DNA of 64,000 nt from Abditibacterium sp. (GTDB lineage: Bacteria > Armatimonadota > Abditibacteriia > Abditibacteriales > Abditibacteriaceae), in contig CBDASK010000003.1 in assembly GCA_965199495.1 (NCBI GenBank), positions 3,072,001 through 3,136,000 on the forward strand, in the 5' to 3' direction. How positions within the stretch are numbered: the first letter of the stretch is position 1; every line of letters begins with the position of its first letter. Positions 17,890 through 27,049 of this stretch are shown here, piece by piece. Under the pieces are notes generated by a model. The model worked only from the letters and a program-made list of their open reading frames with translations, did no database searches and was not told where the DNA came from. A program made the translations under genes and the position numbers.

Positions 17890-20538
17890 ATGACCCAAAC
17901 TCCTTCTCCCTCGCGTTTAAAAACGCTCAAGCGCGCCATGCCCTTCGTGGCATTGGCCATGTCCGCTGGCTTTGTGGCCGCGCCCGCGTGGGCACAGGCT
18001 CCGCGCGCTGGAACTTCCATCGGCAACCAGGCGACCGCCACCTATAACGACGGCTCCAACATCCCGCGCGACGTGCAGTCGAACAGCGTGACGACCCTCG
18101 TTCAGCAGGTCGCTGGCGTTGACCTGACCGATCCGCGCACCATCAACGCGGCGCCCGGCGCGCCCATCGCGTTCCCGCACACCATTCAGAACACGGGCAA
18201 CGGCAACGATTCGTTCAACATCGGCGTGACCGAAAGCACGGGCGATGACTTCAATATCGGTTATCAGGTCTACGCCGACGCCAACCAGGACGGCGTGCCC
18301 GACAATAACACGCCCATCACCGTGACGCCGTCGTTGCAGCCGGGCGAGAAGTTCAACTTCGTCGTCGTCGGCACGGTGCCCGCGAATCAGGCGGCGACCA
18401 AAAACGCCAGCATCACCGTCACCGCGACTTCGACGACGACCAGCACGACCAACGACGCCAACGCCGACAAGGTGATCGTCACCAGCAATGCGGTTATCAA
18501 CGTGGTGAAATCGGTGAGCGCGCCGGTTATCAACACGACGACCAAGGTCGCGACCTATACCTACACGCTGACCTATACCAACAACTCGAACGTGAATTCT
18601 GGCGCCGTTGCCCTGAGCGACACGCTGGATGCGCGTTTGGCTTATAAAGCCGCTTCGGGTTTGTGGAGTGTTTCGGGCACGACGGCGCTGGGCGACAACG
18701 CTGGCAACGCCGACGATCCAGCGGGCATCACCTATGCTCGCAACGCGCAGTTGATTACGGCGACCATCGCGAACGTTCCGGCGCGTAGCACGGGCCGCGT
18801 TTCGTTCTCGGTGGACGTGGCTCCCACGACGGCTCCGGGCTTGATTCCCAACTTCGCCACCTTCGCCTACGACGACGACAACGATGGTAACACCGCCACG
18901 ACCGGGACGGCTTCGGTCAATGGCACGACCAACACGGTAGATGTGAACGTCGGTCAGGCGCCCCTCGTCGCCATCACCAGCCAATCGCAAGGCCCGGTGC
19001 CTCAGGGTTCGACGGTTGTGTTCACCAACACCGTGACCAACAACGGTAACGGTAACGATGTCTTCAACATCACCCTTTCGCCATCGGGCACGCCGTTCCC
19101 TGCGGGCACCGTCTTCCAGTTGTTCCAGCCCGGCGGCGCGGCGGCTTTGCTCGATTCCAATGGCGATGGCATTCCCGATACCGGCCCGATCCTCGCTGGC
19201 GGCACCTATAACGTGATCGTCAAGGCGATTTTGCCTCCGACGACCTCCGGCACCGGCCCCTTCGTCGAAAACGTGATCGCGACCTCGACGACCGGCGCCA
19301 AACCCGCCGCAACCGGCACCGACACGGTGACTTCAATCACCAAATCGGCGGTGGACATCACCAACCGCGACGCCAGCAACAACCGCATTGACGAAACCAC
19401 CCCCGGCGTCACCAATCCGGTTTTGACGCGCACCAGTGGCCCCGGCACCGTCGTGACCTTCCCGCTGTCGGCCAACAACAAGTCGGCTGTCAACGATAAC
19501 TATGCGCTGTCGTTTGTGCCCAACCCGGCTCTGCCCGCCGGCTTTAGCGTCGTCTTCAAAGACCTCAACGGCAAAGTCATCACCAATACCGGCAACATCG
19601 CGCCCGTTGTTCCCGATCCGGCAAATCCAGGCAGCTTCACCAAAGGCGGCTTCTTCGATTATGTCGCCGAAGTCACCATTCCCGCCGGTGCCACGCCGCA
19701 GGACATCGCATTGGCTTTCGCCATCACGTCGGGCGCGTCGGGCGCGACCGATACCGTTAACGACAAATTGACCGTTAGCCCGTTCAACGCGCTGACGATC
19801 ACGCCCAACAACCAAGGCCAGGTCTTCCCCGGCTCGTCGGTCAACTATGCGCACGTCATCACCAACGATGGCAACACCGACGAAACCAACGTCGTCGTGA
19901 CGGCGACCGATTCCCTGGCGGGCTTCTCGTCGGTCATCTACGCCGACAATGGCGCTGGAACCCACGCGGGTAACGGCATCCTCGATCCCGACGAATTGGC
20001 GGCTGGCCCATTGGCAGCCACCGGCATCCCTACGCTCGCTCCCAAAGCGAACTTCCCGATTATCGTTGTGGTCTTTGGCCCCTCGAACCAGTTCACATCG
20101 GGCGCCGTTGACACCACGACCGTGACGGCGACCTCCGCCGGTGGCCGCACAGCCACGGCGACCGACACCACCACGATTGTGGCGGGCGATGTCGTGATGA
20201 CCAAATCGCAATCGGTCAATGGCGCCGCCGCCACGCAGGGCAACGCCGTTGCCAAGCCCGGCGATGTCATTCGCTACACGATTACCGTGCGCAACACCGG
20301 TGGCGCTCCGGTCAACACCGTCGTGGTTTCGGACACCACCCCGGCGTTCACGACCTACAGCGACACCAACAGCGCTGGCACCGCCGATCCGGCTTCGTTC
20401 ACCATCGGCACCGCCGCCGCCGTGGCTGCCACCTCCGCTCCGACCAACGGCGTGGCGGGCACCATCAAATGGACGATTCCCACGCTCAACCCCGGCGAAG
20501 TCGCCACAGTGACCTTCAACGTGAAGATCAACAAATAA
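17890..20538 (+). CDS. Secreted DUF11-repeat Ig-like protein (predicted major fibre subunit)
   Basis: Signal peptide ending AWA-Q; N-terminal AGTSIGNQATATY segment; repeated FPHTIQNTGNGND-type domains; DxNxDG loops; C-terminal DUF11 domain ending TFNVKINK. Confidence 0.88.
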   Translation: MTQTPSPSRLKTLKRAMPFVALAMSAGFVAAPAWAQAPRAGTSIGNQATATYNDGSNIPRDVQSNSVTTLVQQVAGVDLTDPRTINAAPGAPIAFPHTIQNTGNGNDSFNIGVTESTGDDFNIGYQVYADANQDGVPDNNTPITVTPSLQPGEKFNFVVVGTVPANQAATKNASITVTATSTTTSTTNDANADKVIVTSNAVINVVKSVSAPVINTTTKVATYTYTLTYTNNSNVNSGAVALSDTLDARLAYKAASGLWSVSGTTALGDNAGNADDPAGITYARNAQLITATIANVPARSTGRVSFSVDVAPTTAPGLIPNFATFAYDDDNDGNTATTGTASVNGTTNTVDVNVGQAPLVAITSQSQGPVPQGSTVVFTNTVTNNGNGNDVFNITLSPSGTPFPAGTVFQLFQPGGAAALLDSNGDGIPDTGPILAGGTYNVIVKAILPPTTSGTGPFVENVIATSTTGAKPAATGTDTVTSITKSAVDITNRDASNNRIDETTPGVTNPVLTRTSGPGTVVTFPLSANNKSAVNDNYALSFVPNPALPAGFSVVFKDLNGKVITNTGNIAPVVPDPANPGSFTKGGFFDYVAEVTIPAGATPQDIALAFAITSGASGATDTVNDKLTVSPFNALTITPNNQGQVFPGSSVNYAHVITNDGNTDETNVVVTATDSLAGFSSVIYADNGAGTHAGNGILDPDELAAGPLAATGIPTLAPKANFPIIVVVFGPSNQFTSGAVDTTTVTATSAGGRTATATDTTTIVAGDVVMTKSQSVNGAAATQGNAVAKPGDVIRYTITVRNTGGAPVNTVVVSDTTPAFTTYSDTNSAGTADPASFTIGTAAAVAATSAPTNGVAGTIKWTIPTLNPGEVATVTFNVKINK

Positions 20539-20544
20539 TGGATT

Positions 20545-20588
20545 GCGTTACAGGCTTTGGCGACTTCGGTTGATAAAGCCTGTAACGC
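20545..20588 (+). terminator. Stem-loop directly after the major-subunit gene (terminator or mRNA stabiliser)
   Basis: GCGTTACAGGCTTT...AAAGCCTGTAACGC 14-bp stem; no strong U-tract. Confidence 0.55.
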
Positions 20589-20597
20589 CGATCGCGT

Positions 20598-20776
20598 ATT
20601 TATAGCTCTTACCCACTCCATTGTCATTCTGAGCGAGAGAGGAACGAACGGAGTCGAAGAATCCATGACGTAAGGATTTCGACAAAAGTCAAGTTCAATC
20701 GCAACCTATGGATTCTTCGACTCCGTTCGTTCCTCTCTCGCTCAGAATGACAATGGAGTGGGTAAGAGCTATAAAT
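20598..20776. repeat. Long inverted-repeat element (69-bp perfect arms, TGTCATTCTGAGCG...GAAGAATC type)
   Basis: 20598-20666 is the exact reverse complement of 20708-20776. Confidence 0.93.
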
Positions 20777-20898
20777 CAAATTTCCCACCCAAACCCCAAC
20801 CGAACTCATTTGACGCGAGCGTGGAACGCGGTTCCAGTCCCTCCTCTTTCGCTTCAAATGTCCGTTTCGGATATTGCCCATTTTATCGCTTCGCCCCC

Positions 20899-23800
20899 AT
20901 GAACGTTTTTGCTGCTCGCATCGCTCACCTCATTCGTCCCGCCACTTGCGCCCTGTTGGGCGCTGCCCTGATGGCCACTTTGGGCGGCGTGGCTGATGCC
21001 CAGACACCCAGCGCCGGAGTCGCGATCTCCAATCAGGCGAGCGCGAGCTACGAATTGGGCGATGTCATCGTCAACCTGCTTTCCAATCGCGTGCAGGTCA
21101 CCGTCGCGCCCGTCGAAGGGTTGCGCCTCACCGCCGACAACGCCAAACAGGTGCCCATCGGTGCGCCGGTTTCGTTTCCCCATCGCCTGACCAATACCGG
21201 CAACGTCGCGACTTCCTACAACTTCAACGTGAGCAACCAAACCGGCGACGATACCGATCTGTCGGATTTGCGCATTTATGGCGACCTTAACGGCAACGGC
21301 ATCGTGGACGAGGGCGAACCGCGCCTCGACAATGGCGCCGCGCCGGTTGGGTTGGAAGCCGGTCAATCCACCGATTTGTTGGTGACCGGCACCGTGCCCG
21401 TCACTGCCAGCGCCGGGCAAAGCGCGCGCGTCCAGCTCGAAGCCGTGACGCAAAACGCGACGGCGCGCGCGCAAAACGTGGACACAGCCACGGTGGCGCT
21501 GGGCGCCTCGGTCGAAGTGCGCAAAGAAGCCTCGCGCCAGAACGCTTCGCGCGGCGACCAGATTAGCTACGATTTGACCGCGATTTCGCGCGGCGGCGTC
21601 GCGCCCACGCCGACCAATTTAACCGTGGACGGCGCCGCGCGTGCCCTGGTTTTACTGCGCGATAGCGTGCCCGCCAACACGACGTTGGTCAGTTGGACCA
21701 AAACCGGCAACGGCCTGTTGCTCTATCATCGCATCGGCGACGCCGCCAACGCCTACGTCACCGCGCAACCCGATAGCGCCGCTGGCGTTATCACCGATGG
21801 CGTCGCGCTGGGATTGGACAACTTTATTCCCAACTCGACGGTGCGCGCCACGCTCACGGTGCGCGTCAATAACAACGCCAGCGGCAGTTTCGATAACACC
21901 GCCGATGTGATTTATCGCGAGGCGGGCGCCGACCGTACCATCAGCGCGCCGTCGAACACCGTGGGTGTCGCCGTGCCCATCGCGCCGCCGACATTGGCCT
22001 ATTACACGAGCGCGGGTTACACGCGCGAGGCGACGGTGACCGGTTTGAATCGCCCGCTGTTTTTGCAGGGCGACAGCGCCGCCTGTAACGTTGACCCGAC
22101 TGCCGTTGAGCGCGTGACGCTGACGTTGACTTCGACTTTGACCGGCGATTCGATTCGCACGCAGATGATCGAAACCGGCCCCAATACGGGCATTTTTCGC
22201 GTCGAAAATCCGATTCCCACCTCCGACGGCGCCGCCGTGGCTGATGATGGCGTCTTGCAGATTTTGCGCGACGACGTTTTGCAAGCGCGCCTGAGCGGTT
22301 GCGGCACCGCCGACGCCGTCGCGCGCATTTTGGTTGACCCGCTCGGCGTGGTTTACGACGCGCGCACCAACCAACCCGTGAGCGGCGCGCGCGTCACTTT
22401 AATTGACGCCGCGACCGGCCAACCTGCGCGCGTCTTCGATTTTGATGGCGTGACGTCACGTCCATCAACAGTGACAACCGGCGCCGATGGCGTGTTTCAG
22501 TTCCCGCAGGTCGCGCCCGGTCGCTATCGTTTGCAAATCGAGCCGCCCGCCAATTATCTGTTTCCCTCGAAATTGGCGCCCGCCAACCAGCCACCGGGTC
22601 GCACGATTGACGCGTCGGGTTCCTATGGCGGCGAGTTCGCCGTTGACGCCGCGACTGGCGCCGTCGTTTTGGATGTGCCGCTCGATCCGCCGCAGGGCAC
22701 CGGATTGTTCGTGGACAAAATCGCCCGCTCGCGCGACGCCGAAATCGGCGGCACGGTGGATTATCAGGTCACCATTCGCAACGTCGCGGGTGTCGCCGTC
22801 AACAACGTTCAATTATTGGACGGTCTGCCGCGCGGCCTGACCTACGTCGCGGGCAGCGCCCGCCGCCAGAGCGCGAGCGGCGCCAACGGCACGCCCGGCA
22901 TTTTCGCCGCGTTGCCCGATCCGCGCATCGAAAACGTGCGCGCTTTGACCTTTAATATCGGCACATTGGCCAAAGACGAATCGGCAATTATCACCTATCG
23001 CACACTGATCGGCCCCGGCACGCCGACCGGCAAAGTGCGCAATAGCGCGCGCGCCACCGGTGCCACAAACTTTGATTCGTATACATCCAACACGGCCAGC
23101 GCGATTGTCGAGATTCGCGGCGGCGTCTTCACCACGCGCGGCGTTTTGATGGGCCGCGTCTTCGTGGACTCCAATAACAATGGTCGCTTCGACCGCGACG
23201 AATTGGCGGTGCCCGGCGCGCGCATCTTTTTGGAAGATGGCACTTACGCCGTCACCGACGGCGACGGACAATGGACGATTTACGGCGTTTTGCCCCTGAC
23301 GCACGTCGTCAAAATTGACCGCACCACGTTACCAATCGGCGCCACGCTCAAACCGCTCACGGTGAATTACGCGGGCAAAGGCGATTCGGTTTTCGCCGAC
23401 CTGAAAAACAGCGAACTCCAGCGCATCAACTTCGCGCTGAGTAGCACCACCGAGGCTCAAATTGCCGACGTGAAAGCGCGCATCGCCAAGGGTCAAAACG
23501 AGGCGCCCGAAATCACCACGCAACTGCAAAATACGCTCACGACTACGCCCAACACGCAACTCGGCGACACCCGCGCGCAACCCGCGACCGGCGTTGTCGG
23601 CGGCGTGGCTGGCCCGACGAACCAGAATCAGACCTCGCGCACCGTGCAATCGAACGCGCCCGCAGGCATTGACGCGCGCCCGCTTCGCACGGCGGGCGAT
23701 GGCCCGCTCGACGGCCAGTTCGCCCCAGCCACGGCGCCTTCGCTGGAAGCGGGCGCGCGCGAAATCGAAGAGCTTTTGGCGACGCTGCAACCCGGCATCG

Positions 23801-26800
23801 GCATTTTGGGCTACAAAGACGGCGACACTTTGCTGAGCGATCAGATCAACGTGCGCGTCAAGGGCGACGCGGGCACCACGCTGAAACTGACGCTCAACGA
23901 CAAAGCGGTGGACGATGACCGCATCAGCGTGCGTTCGGAAGATAGCAAGCGCGGCGTGCAGGTTCGCGAATATATCGGCCTGAAACTGCGCGCGGGCGAG
24001 AATAATTTGCAACTCAGCCAGATCGATTCGTTTGGCGTGGCGCGCGGCGAAGCGTCGGTGAAGCTCGTTGCCCCCGGTTCGTTGGGCCGCTTGAAATTGA
24101 CGGTGCCAAACGTTGGCGTGCCCGCCGACGGACAGACGGGGACGAAAATTAACGTCGAGTTGGTGGACGACAAAGGCGTGCGCGTCACGGCCCGCACGCC
24201 GATCACGCTCGAAGCCAGCGCGGGCCGTTGGAATGTGCGCGACCTCAACGACACGCAGCCCGGCGTGCAGGTTTTCATCGAAGGCGGGCAGGGCAGCTTT
24301 GAACTGATTCCGCCGTTTGAACCCGGCCAGGCCGTCGTCAAAGTCGCGGCGGGCATTATTTCAGCCGACGCCAAAGTGTCGTTCGTGCCGTATTTGCGCC
24401 CGGTTGTGGCGGCGGGCATTTTCGAGGGCCAATTCGGCTTCAAGGCCAAAGGCGCTTCGCAAATGCCCATCGCGGCTTTCGAGCGCGAATTGCAATCCAT
24501 CACCGGCAACGGCGGCGGACGCGCGGCGGGCTATATTAAGGGCCGCATTCAGGGCAAATATCTGTTGTCAATGCGCTTCGATACGCAGTCAGCCGAAGAC
24601 AACCGGCTATTTCGCGACATTCAGCCCGACGAGTTTTATCCGGTTTATGGCGACAGTTCGACCAAAGGTTTCGACGCGCAGTCCACCGGCAAACTCTACA
24701 TTCGCGTGGACAAAGATCATTCCTACGCGCTCTATGGCGATTTCACGACTTATGCGGCGGACGGATCGGAATCGCTGGGACGCTACGGGCGCGCTTTAAC
24801 CGGCGGTCAAATTCACAGCGAGGACGACAAGTATTCGGCGACGGCGTTTGTTTCGCGCACCAGCGCTTCGCGTATCGTGCAGGAAAAGCGCGCCAATGGC
24901 ACGAGCGGCGTTTACCAACTGGGCGTTTCGGATATTCGCCCGCAATCGGAAATCGTCGAGATTATTGTTCGCGACCGCAACAATCCGGGCCGCGTCATCA
25001 GCGCCACGCAGCAGACGCGTTTCACCGACTACACGCTCGACGGCTTTACTTACGGTCTGCTGTTTCGCCGCCCGATTCCGTCGTTTGACGAAGATGGCAA
25101 TCCGATCTTCATCCGCGTGACCTACGAGCGCGAAACCGGCGGGCCCGACTTCACCGTCTCCGGCGTGGCTGCTCAATATAAAATCGGCAACCGTTTGCAG
25201 GTTGGCGCGGGCGTCGTGCAGGACGACGACCCGACGCGCAAGATGAATATGCGCTCGGTCAACGGCGCGTTGCGTTTGAGCGACGACACGATTTTGGTCG
25301 CCGAATACGCCCAAACCGACACGCCCGAATTCGGTACCGCCGGGGCTTCGCGCTTTGAACTGCGCAAAGACGGCGCGAATTTTCAGGCGCGCGCTTATAC
25401 CGGCACGGCATCGCTCGGCTTCAACAATCCCGAATCGGCCTTGACGCGTGGACGCAGCGAAAGCGGCGTGCAGTTGTCGGCCAAAATCGGCGCCAAAACG
25501 CAGGTCAGCGCCGAAGCGATTCGCACCAAAGACGGCCAGAGCGGCGCCCAAACGCAGGGCGTGCAAGTCGGTTTGGATCACGCGTTTACCAACGATATTC
25601 GCGGCGGCATCGGCATCCGCAACGCCAGTGGCGATGCGTCGGCCAGCTTCGGCGGAACCGGGCAGGACAACTTGAGCTTCACCTCGATTTACGGGCGCTT
25701 GAACGCGCGCGTCGGAGCCAAATCGAACGCTTTCACGCGTTACGAGCAGCAACTGGGCGGCGGCAATCGCTCGCTTTCCCTTGGCGCCGATTATCAGATC
25801 GCACCGCAAACGCGACTCTACGCGATTCACGAATTCTTCGATTCGCCGCTCTCGCTTTACGCTTTGGGCGATACGCAGCGCCGCTACGGCACGCGTCTGG
25901 GCATCGAGACGGCGTATATGCGCGGCGGCACTTTGTTCAGCGAATATCGTCTGGCGGGCGGCGTTGACGGGCGCACCGCGCAGGCGGCGATTGGGCTGCG
26001 CAACCAGTGGAAGTTGGGTCAGGGCATCGGCGTTTCGACCAGTCTGGAGAACACGCGTAATTTGAATGGCGGCATCAATAACGTTGGTTCAACCGCTAAT
26101 TTGGGCGGCGACAATGGCACGGCGGCTTCGATTGGTTTCGAGTCGCTCGGCTCGGACAAATTGAAGTGGACGACGCGTTTGGAAGGTCGCGATGGACAGA
26201 GCAAGACCTTAACAGCCACGGCGGGCGCGGCCTATCAGGCGTCGCGCGATTTGACGATGCTGGGCCGCGCGGCCTACGCCAAATCGAGCGCGGGCGGGTT
26301 CACCGGCACTGGCGGCGTGGCTGCTGTTGGCGGCTTCGACCAGAAGCAGACGCGCGTGCAGTTCGGGCTGGCTTATCGGCCCGTTAAAAGCGACCGTTTT
26401 GTGGCGCTACTCAAATATGAACTGCGCGATGGCGACGATCCGTCGGGCATCGGCGTGCGCTTGCAGCGCCGCCAGAACATCATCAGCGCCGACGCTAACT
26501 ATTTGGTTTCGCAGTCGTTGCAGGCGCGCCTGCACTACGCGTTCAAAAACAGCCGCGACAACACCGATGGCTTGCTGACATCCAGCTCGGCGCACTTGCT
26601 GAGCGGGCGTTTGTCCAAAGACATTACGCGCCGATTGAACCTGTCGCTTTTGGGTTCGACGCTGTGGAACGGCGATTCGCGTCAGGTCGCTTACGGCATC
26701 GAAGCCGGTTACGGTTTGACCGATAATCTGCTGCTCTCGCTCGGTTATAATTTCAGCGAACTGCGCAACCGCGACTTCGCCGACGAGACGCTGGGCAAAG

Positions 26801-27027
26801 GTTTTTATCTGCGCATGCGACTGAAATTCGACGAAGATTTGTTTAGCAACGTGAAAGCGTTCCAGCGCGCGCCCATCGCCAGCAACGCGCAGCCGTTTGT
26901 GCCAGTCACGCAGGGCGGTTTTGGCGGCGGCATCATCGGCAGCAGCGAGTCGGCGGGGTTGGATAGTTTTTCCGGCACGGCGGCGCCCAGAATTGGCGGC
27001 GGCAACGCTATCGGAGGTGTCCGTTAA
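20899..27027 (+). CDS. Large outer-membrane protein with DUF11/SdrD-B-like domains and a C-terminal beta-barrel (predicted anchor or secretion platform)
   Basis: Signal peptide ending ADA-Q from the ATG at 20899; AGVAISNQASASY; two complete DUF11 domains; GRVFVDSNNNG; YPVYGDSS motif; long amphipathic beta-strand C-terminal half with GFYLRMRLKF near the end. Confidence 0.85.
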   Translation: MNVFAARIAHLIRPATCALLGAALMATLGGVADAQTPSAGVAISNQASASYELGDVIVNLLSNRVQVTVAPVEGLRLTADNAKQVPIGAPVSFPHRLTNTGNVATSYNFNVSNQTGDDTDLSDLRIYGDLNGNGIVDEGEPRLDNGAAPVGLEAGQSTDLLVTGTVPVTASAGQSARVQLEAVTQNATARAQNVDTATVALGASVEVRKEASRQNASRGDQISYDLTAISRGGVAPTPTNLTVDGAARALVLLRDSVPANTTLVSWTKTGNGLLLYHRIGDAANAYVTAQPDSAAGVITDGVALGLDNFIPNSTVRATLTVRVNNNASGSFDNTADVIYREAGADRTISAPSNTVGVAVPIAPPTLAYYTSAGYTREATVTGLNRPLFLQGDSAACNVDPTAVERVTLTLTSTLTGDSIRTQMIETGPNTGIFRVENPIPTSDGAAVADDGVLQILRDDVLQARLSGCGTADAVARILVDPLGVVYDARTNQPVSGARVTLIDAATGQPARVFDFDGVTSRPSTVTTGADGVFQFPQVAPGRYRLQIEPPANYLFPSKLAPANQPPGRTIDASGSYGGEFAVDAATGAVVLDVPLDPPQGTGLFVDKIARSRDAEIGGTVDYQVTIRNVAGVAVNNVQLLDGLPRGLTYVAGSARRQSASGANGTPGIFAALPDPRIENVRALTFNIGTLAKDESAIITYRTLIGPGTPTGKVRNSARATGATNFDSYTSNTASAIVEIRGGVFTTRGVLMGRVFVDSNNNGRFDRDELAVPGARIFLEDGTYAVTDGDGQWTIYGVLPLTHVVKIDRTTLPIGATLKPLTVNYAGKGDSVFADLKNSELQRINFALSSTTEAQIADVKARIAKGQNEAPEITTQLQNTLTTTPNTQLGDTRAQPATGVVGGVAGPTNQNQTSRTVQSNAPAGIDARPLRTAGDGPLDGQFAPATAPSLEAGAREIEELLATLQPGIGILGYKDGDTLLSDQINVRVKGDAGTTLKLTLNDKAVDDDRISVRSEDSKRGVQVREYIGLKLRAGENNLQLSQIDSFGVARGEASVKLVAPGSLGRLKLTVPNVGVPADGQTGTKINVELVDDKGVRVTARTPITLEASAGRWNVRDLNDTQPGVQVFIEGGQGSFELIPPFEPGQAVVKVAAGIISADAKVSFVPYLRPVVAAGIFEGQFGFKAKGASQMPIAAFERELQSITGNGGGRAAGYIKGRIQGKYLLSMRFDTQSAEDNRLFRDIQPDEFYPVYGDSSTKGFDAQSTGKLYIRVDKDHSYALYGDFTTYAADGSESLGRYGRALTGGQIHSEDDKYSATAFVSRTSASRIVQEKRANGTSGVYQLGVSDIRPQSEIVEIIVRDRNNPGRVISATQQTRFTDYTLDGFTYGLLFRRPIPSFDEDGNPIFIRVTYERETGGPDFTVSGVAAQYKIGNRLQVGAGVVQDDDPTRKMNMRSVNGALRLSDDTILVAEYAQTDTPEFGTAGASRFELRKDGANFQARAYTGTASLGFNNPESALTRGRSESGVQLSAKIGAKTQVSAEAIRTKDGQSGAQTQGVQVGLDHAFTNDIRGGIGIRNASGDASASFGGTGQDNLSFTSIYGRLNARVGAKSNAFTRYEQQLGGGNRSLSLGADYQIAPQTRLYAIHEFFDSPLSLYALGDTQRRYGTRLGIETAYMRGGTLFSEYRLAGGVDGRTAQAAIGLRNQWKLGQGIGVSTSLENTRNLNGGINNVGSTANLGGDNGTAASIGFESLGSDKLKWTTRLEGRDGQSKTLTATAGAAYQASRDLTMLGRAAYAKSSAGGFTGTGGVAAVGGFDQKQTRVQFGLAYRPVKSDRFVALLKYELRDGDDPSGIGVRLQRRQNIISADANYLVSQSLQARLHYAFKNSRDNTDGLLTSSSAHLLSGRLSKDITRRLNLSLLGSTLWNGDSRQVAYGIEAGYGLTDNLLLSLGYNFSELRNRDFADETLGKGFYLRMRLKFDEDLFSNVKAFQRAPIASNAQPFVPVTQGGFGGGIIGSSESAGLDSFSGTAAPRIGGGNAIGGVR

Positions 27028-27049
27028 GCGCTCGCGCTCGGAGAATATC

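Noticed and set aside
20758..20898. N-terminal extensions in the ORF track for the 2089-aa, 352-aa (start 11616), 370-aa (start 60631) and 1210-aa (start 26897) ORFs
   Set aside because: They start inside repeat elements or overlap the upstream gene; downstream ATGs give canonical family N-termini or signal peptides.
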